Virus record (IMG/VR): IMGVR_UViG_3300030060_004945
Location: 1 to 58,691 of that record
DNA: 58,691 nt
From: a virus
Taxonomy: Duplodnaviria > Caudoviricetes
Strand: one strand, 5' to 3'
The position numbers were made by a program, and so were the translations under genes. Below are positions 57,031 through 58,691 of the stretch, in pieces (within the stretch, counting starts at the first letter, position 1; every line of letters starts with the position of its first letter). The notes beneath the pieces were generated by a model. It was not told where the DNA came from. It ran no database searches and worked only from the letters and a program-made list of their open reading frames with translations.

Positions 57031-57197
57031 TGGATTTTGAATTAAGTATAGGAACGTATCCAGGTATTGTTTTAGGATTTAGAACTTATCCTGGAGTTGA
57101 TAAATATGGCAAAGATTTAAACTCACACGTGTTATATCTCCCTTTTGTAAGTATAGCTATTCAATTTAATAATACAGAAGATGAAACCAATAGGTAA
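57030..57197 (+). CDS. Small hypothetical protein (55 aa, MDFELSIGTYPGIVLGFRTY...HVLYLPFV)
   Basis: Translated by eye; TAATG-coupled to groEL. Confidence 0.65.
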   Translation: MDFELSIGTYPGIVLGFRTYPGVDKYGKDLNSHVLYLPFVSIAIQFNNTEDETNR

Positions 57198-57438
57198 ATA
57201 TATTATAGTAGAGACTATAGAAGAAACTCTCAAGACAGAGTCAGGACTTTTACTTTCACAAGAAGATGCATCTAACTTTAGATATAAGAAAGGTAAAGTA
57301 ATGAAAGCAGGTACTGACGTAAGTGTGATCGCAGATGGTGATGTTATATATTATGACAAGTCATCTGGTCACACCTTATTTATCAATGAGAAACCATTTA
57401 CAGTTATCATTGAGAGAGATGTCGTTGTCGTTGTATAA
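57181..57438 (+). CDS. groES: Co-chaperonin GroES
   Basis: MKPIGKYIIVE...KTESGLLL...G.V...GDVIYY...ERDVVVVV. Confidence 0.92.
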   Translation: MKPIGKYIIVETIEETLKTESGLLLSQEDASNFRYKKGKVMKAGTDVSVIADGDVIYYDKSSGHTLFINEKPFTVIIERDVVVVV

Positions 57439-57841
57439 ACTCATTGAGTTCTTCAATCATTAAACGATATTGCTTCTCCATATAGGAGGCATCATCTCGA
57501 AATAGAGGATTAATGCTCGGAGATATACCTATCTCCTCGCCATTTAATTTTCTGTACAGAGTCTTAATAAGAGATTGTCCTTTGTAGGATAATCGATATA
57601 GGGTAGCTTGTCTACCCTTTCTTTTTCTCCAGACTACTATCCACTCTTCTTTAACCAATCTATCAAATCGTTTGGTGTCCCACGACATTACTCTTTCAAA
57701 CTCTTCAAATTTCTTTTTACTGAATATATCTTCACTGTATAAGAAGAACATCATTTCTATGTCAGGAGTAGAGATGTTATATTTTACTTTAGCCCAGTAT
57801 CTTATAACCCTCCAGTATTTCATGAAGTCTTGTTTAGGCAT
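57407..57841 (-). CDS. Putative winged-helix (MarR-like) DNA-binding protein
   Basis: Helical N-terminus, then RLVKEEWIVVWRKR...LYRLSYKGQ wing pattern. Confidence 0.55.
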   Translation of the reverse strand: MPKQDFMKYWRVIRYWAKVKYNISTPDIEMMFFLYSEDIFSKKKFEEFERVMSWDTKRFDRLVKEEWIVVWRKRKGRQATLYRLSYKGQSLIKTLYRKLNGEEIGISPSINPLFRDDASYMEKQYRLMIEELNEFIQRQRHLSQ

Positions 57842-57854
57842 TTAATTTAATTCG

Positions 57855-57876
57855 TATATTTGTAGGATCAAATATA
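57855..57876. promoter_or_regulatory. Face-to-face pair of -7 elements (TATATTTG on + at 57855-57862 and on - at 57869-57876)
   Basis: TATATTTG-TAGGAT-CAAATATA inverted repeat in a 50-bp divergent gap. Confidence 0.65.
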
Positions 57877-57891
57877 TAAATATTTTTAAAA

Positions 57892-58332
57892 ATGGCAACA
57901 TCAAAAAAAATCGATAGATTAAAAAAGAAAGAAGCTCGTATCACAGCAAGAGGTCAAAGAATCACTGGACGTGCTGAGGAGAAGATAGAAAGAAAAACTG
58001 AAAGGCTTGAAAAAAAGAAGAAAAAGAAGCAGGTAAAAGCTACTGGTAAAGCTCTCCAAGGAAAGGGTGCTCAAATGCGTAGAAAGCATGATAAGGCACA
58101 AAAGAAAGCACAAAAAGCAAAAGCTGTAAAAAAGAGAATAGAAGACAGAACAAACAAGCGATTAAAGCCTGTTCAAAAGAAGGCTGCTAAAGTAGCTTCT
58201 AAAATTAAAAAAGCTAAAATGCAAAAGGCAGCAAAATCAATCGGAAAAGGAGCTGTTAAAGGAGCTGCTGGAGCTATGGGAAAAATGGGGAGAAACTTAG
58301 GGTTCCCATTAGCAGAGTCTAAATTTGACTAA
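57892..58332 (+). CDS. Highly basic K-rich protein (histone H1-like composition)
   Basis: 146 aa dominated by K, A and R. Confidence 0.8.
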   Translation: MATSKKIDRLKKKEARITARGQRITGRAEEKIERKTERLEKKKKKKQVKATGKALQGKGAQMRRKHDKAQKKAQKAKAVKKRIEDRTNKRLKPVQKKAAKVASKIKKAKMQKAAKSIGKGAVKGAAGAMGKMGRNLGFPLAESKFD

Positions 58333-58342
58333 ATAAATAATT

Positions 58343-58691
58343 ATGAAAAAAACGTCCTCTCAGAAGTTCTCTCAAAAGAGAGGGGCTTCTATCAGACATA
58401 GCAACCGTAGTGTTGCCGCAGGAGTTGCTAAAAGAAGAGCCTCTATCAAGAAGCAGAAAGCTGATCGTAAAGCTAAAGAGCGAGAAGAAAAAGCGGCTAA
58501 AGCAGCTGCTAAGCTCAAAGAACGTATTGATAAAAGAGAAAAGAAGTCTGTAGAAAGAACCAAAAAAAGAGAGACCAAGAAGGTTGAGAAGACGCAGGCT
58601 AAAGCTAAAAAGGCTACTGCTAAAGTAAAAGCAGCTAAGAATGAAAAGCAAAAAGCAAGAGCTGTAGAACAAAGATCTAAAGCAAGAGAGA
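58343..58691 (+). CDS. 5' part of a basic protein continuing into 1-330
   Basis: ATG 58343 (MKKTSSQKFSQKRG...) is open to the window end. Confidence 0.85.
   Translation, partial: MKKTSSQKFSQKRGASIRHSNRSVAAGVAKRRASIKKQKADRKAKEREEKAAKAAAKLKERIDKREKKSVERTKKRETKKVEKTQAKAKKATAKVKAAKNEKQKARAVEQRSKARE
58592..58691. repeat. Terminal overlap copy of 1-100
   Basis: Direct sequence identity. Confidence 0.95.

Noticed and set aside
1414-58672. Numerous short antisense or overlapping ORFs in the track (e.g. 4844-5179, 10663-11022, 32573-32926, 55578-55934, 58319-58672)
   Set aside because: They are shadow frames of well-supported genes with no independent signals.
1-58691. Alternative genetic code, diversity-generating retroelement or prophage
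   Set aside because: Standard-code ORFs tile the genome; no reverse transcriptase, TR/VR pair, integrase or host genes were seen.

Overview
Apparently complete, circularly assembled ~58.6 kb dsDNA phage genome (bases 58592-58691 repeat bases 1-100). It probably infects a Bacteroidota/Flavobacteriia host: TAnnTTTG -7 promoter elements precede most operons and leaders are AU-rich without SD motifs. It has podovirus-like architecture. The + strand carries GroEL/GroES, about 11 small K/R-rich genes, lysis genes, tail fibres, a tandem GroES-like gene, terminase, portal, scaffold, major capsid, tail/stabilisation genes and three putative ejection proteins (one 2710 aa). The - strand carries an early cassette array, recombination and replication genes (Sak3-like annealase, RecE-like exonuclease, SSB-like protein, primase-helicase, SNF2 helicase, VRR-NUC, two DnaA-C-domain proteins), tRNA-Arg(UCU) and an HNH gene. 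No integrase or DNA polymerase was recognised. Main finding: the early-operon leader encodes a hammerhead-ribozyme core (GUAACU-CUGAUGA...C-GAAAC, 54092-54168, - strand). Its substrate half, hairpin-GU(C/U)^AGUUACAAAY, occurs 13 times, 24-26 nt upstream of 13 consecutive early genes (49984-54059). This suggests one ribozyme processes the polycistronic early RNA in trans or long-range cis. All calls are by-eye motif and pairing analysis; no searches or folding programs were run.
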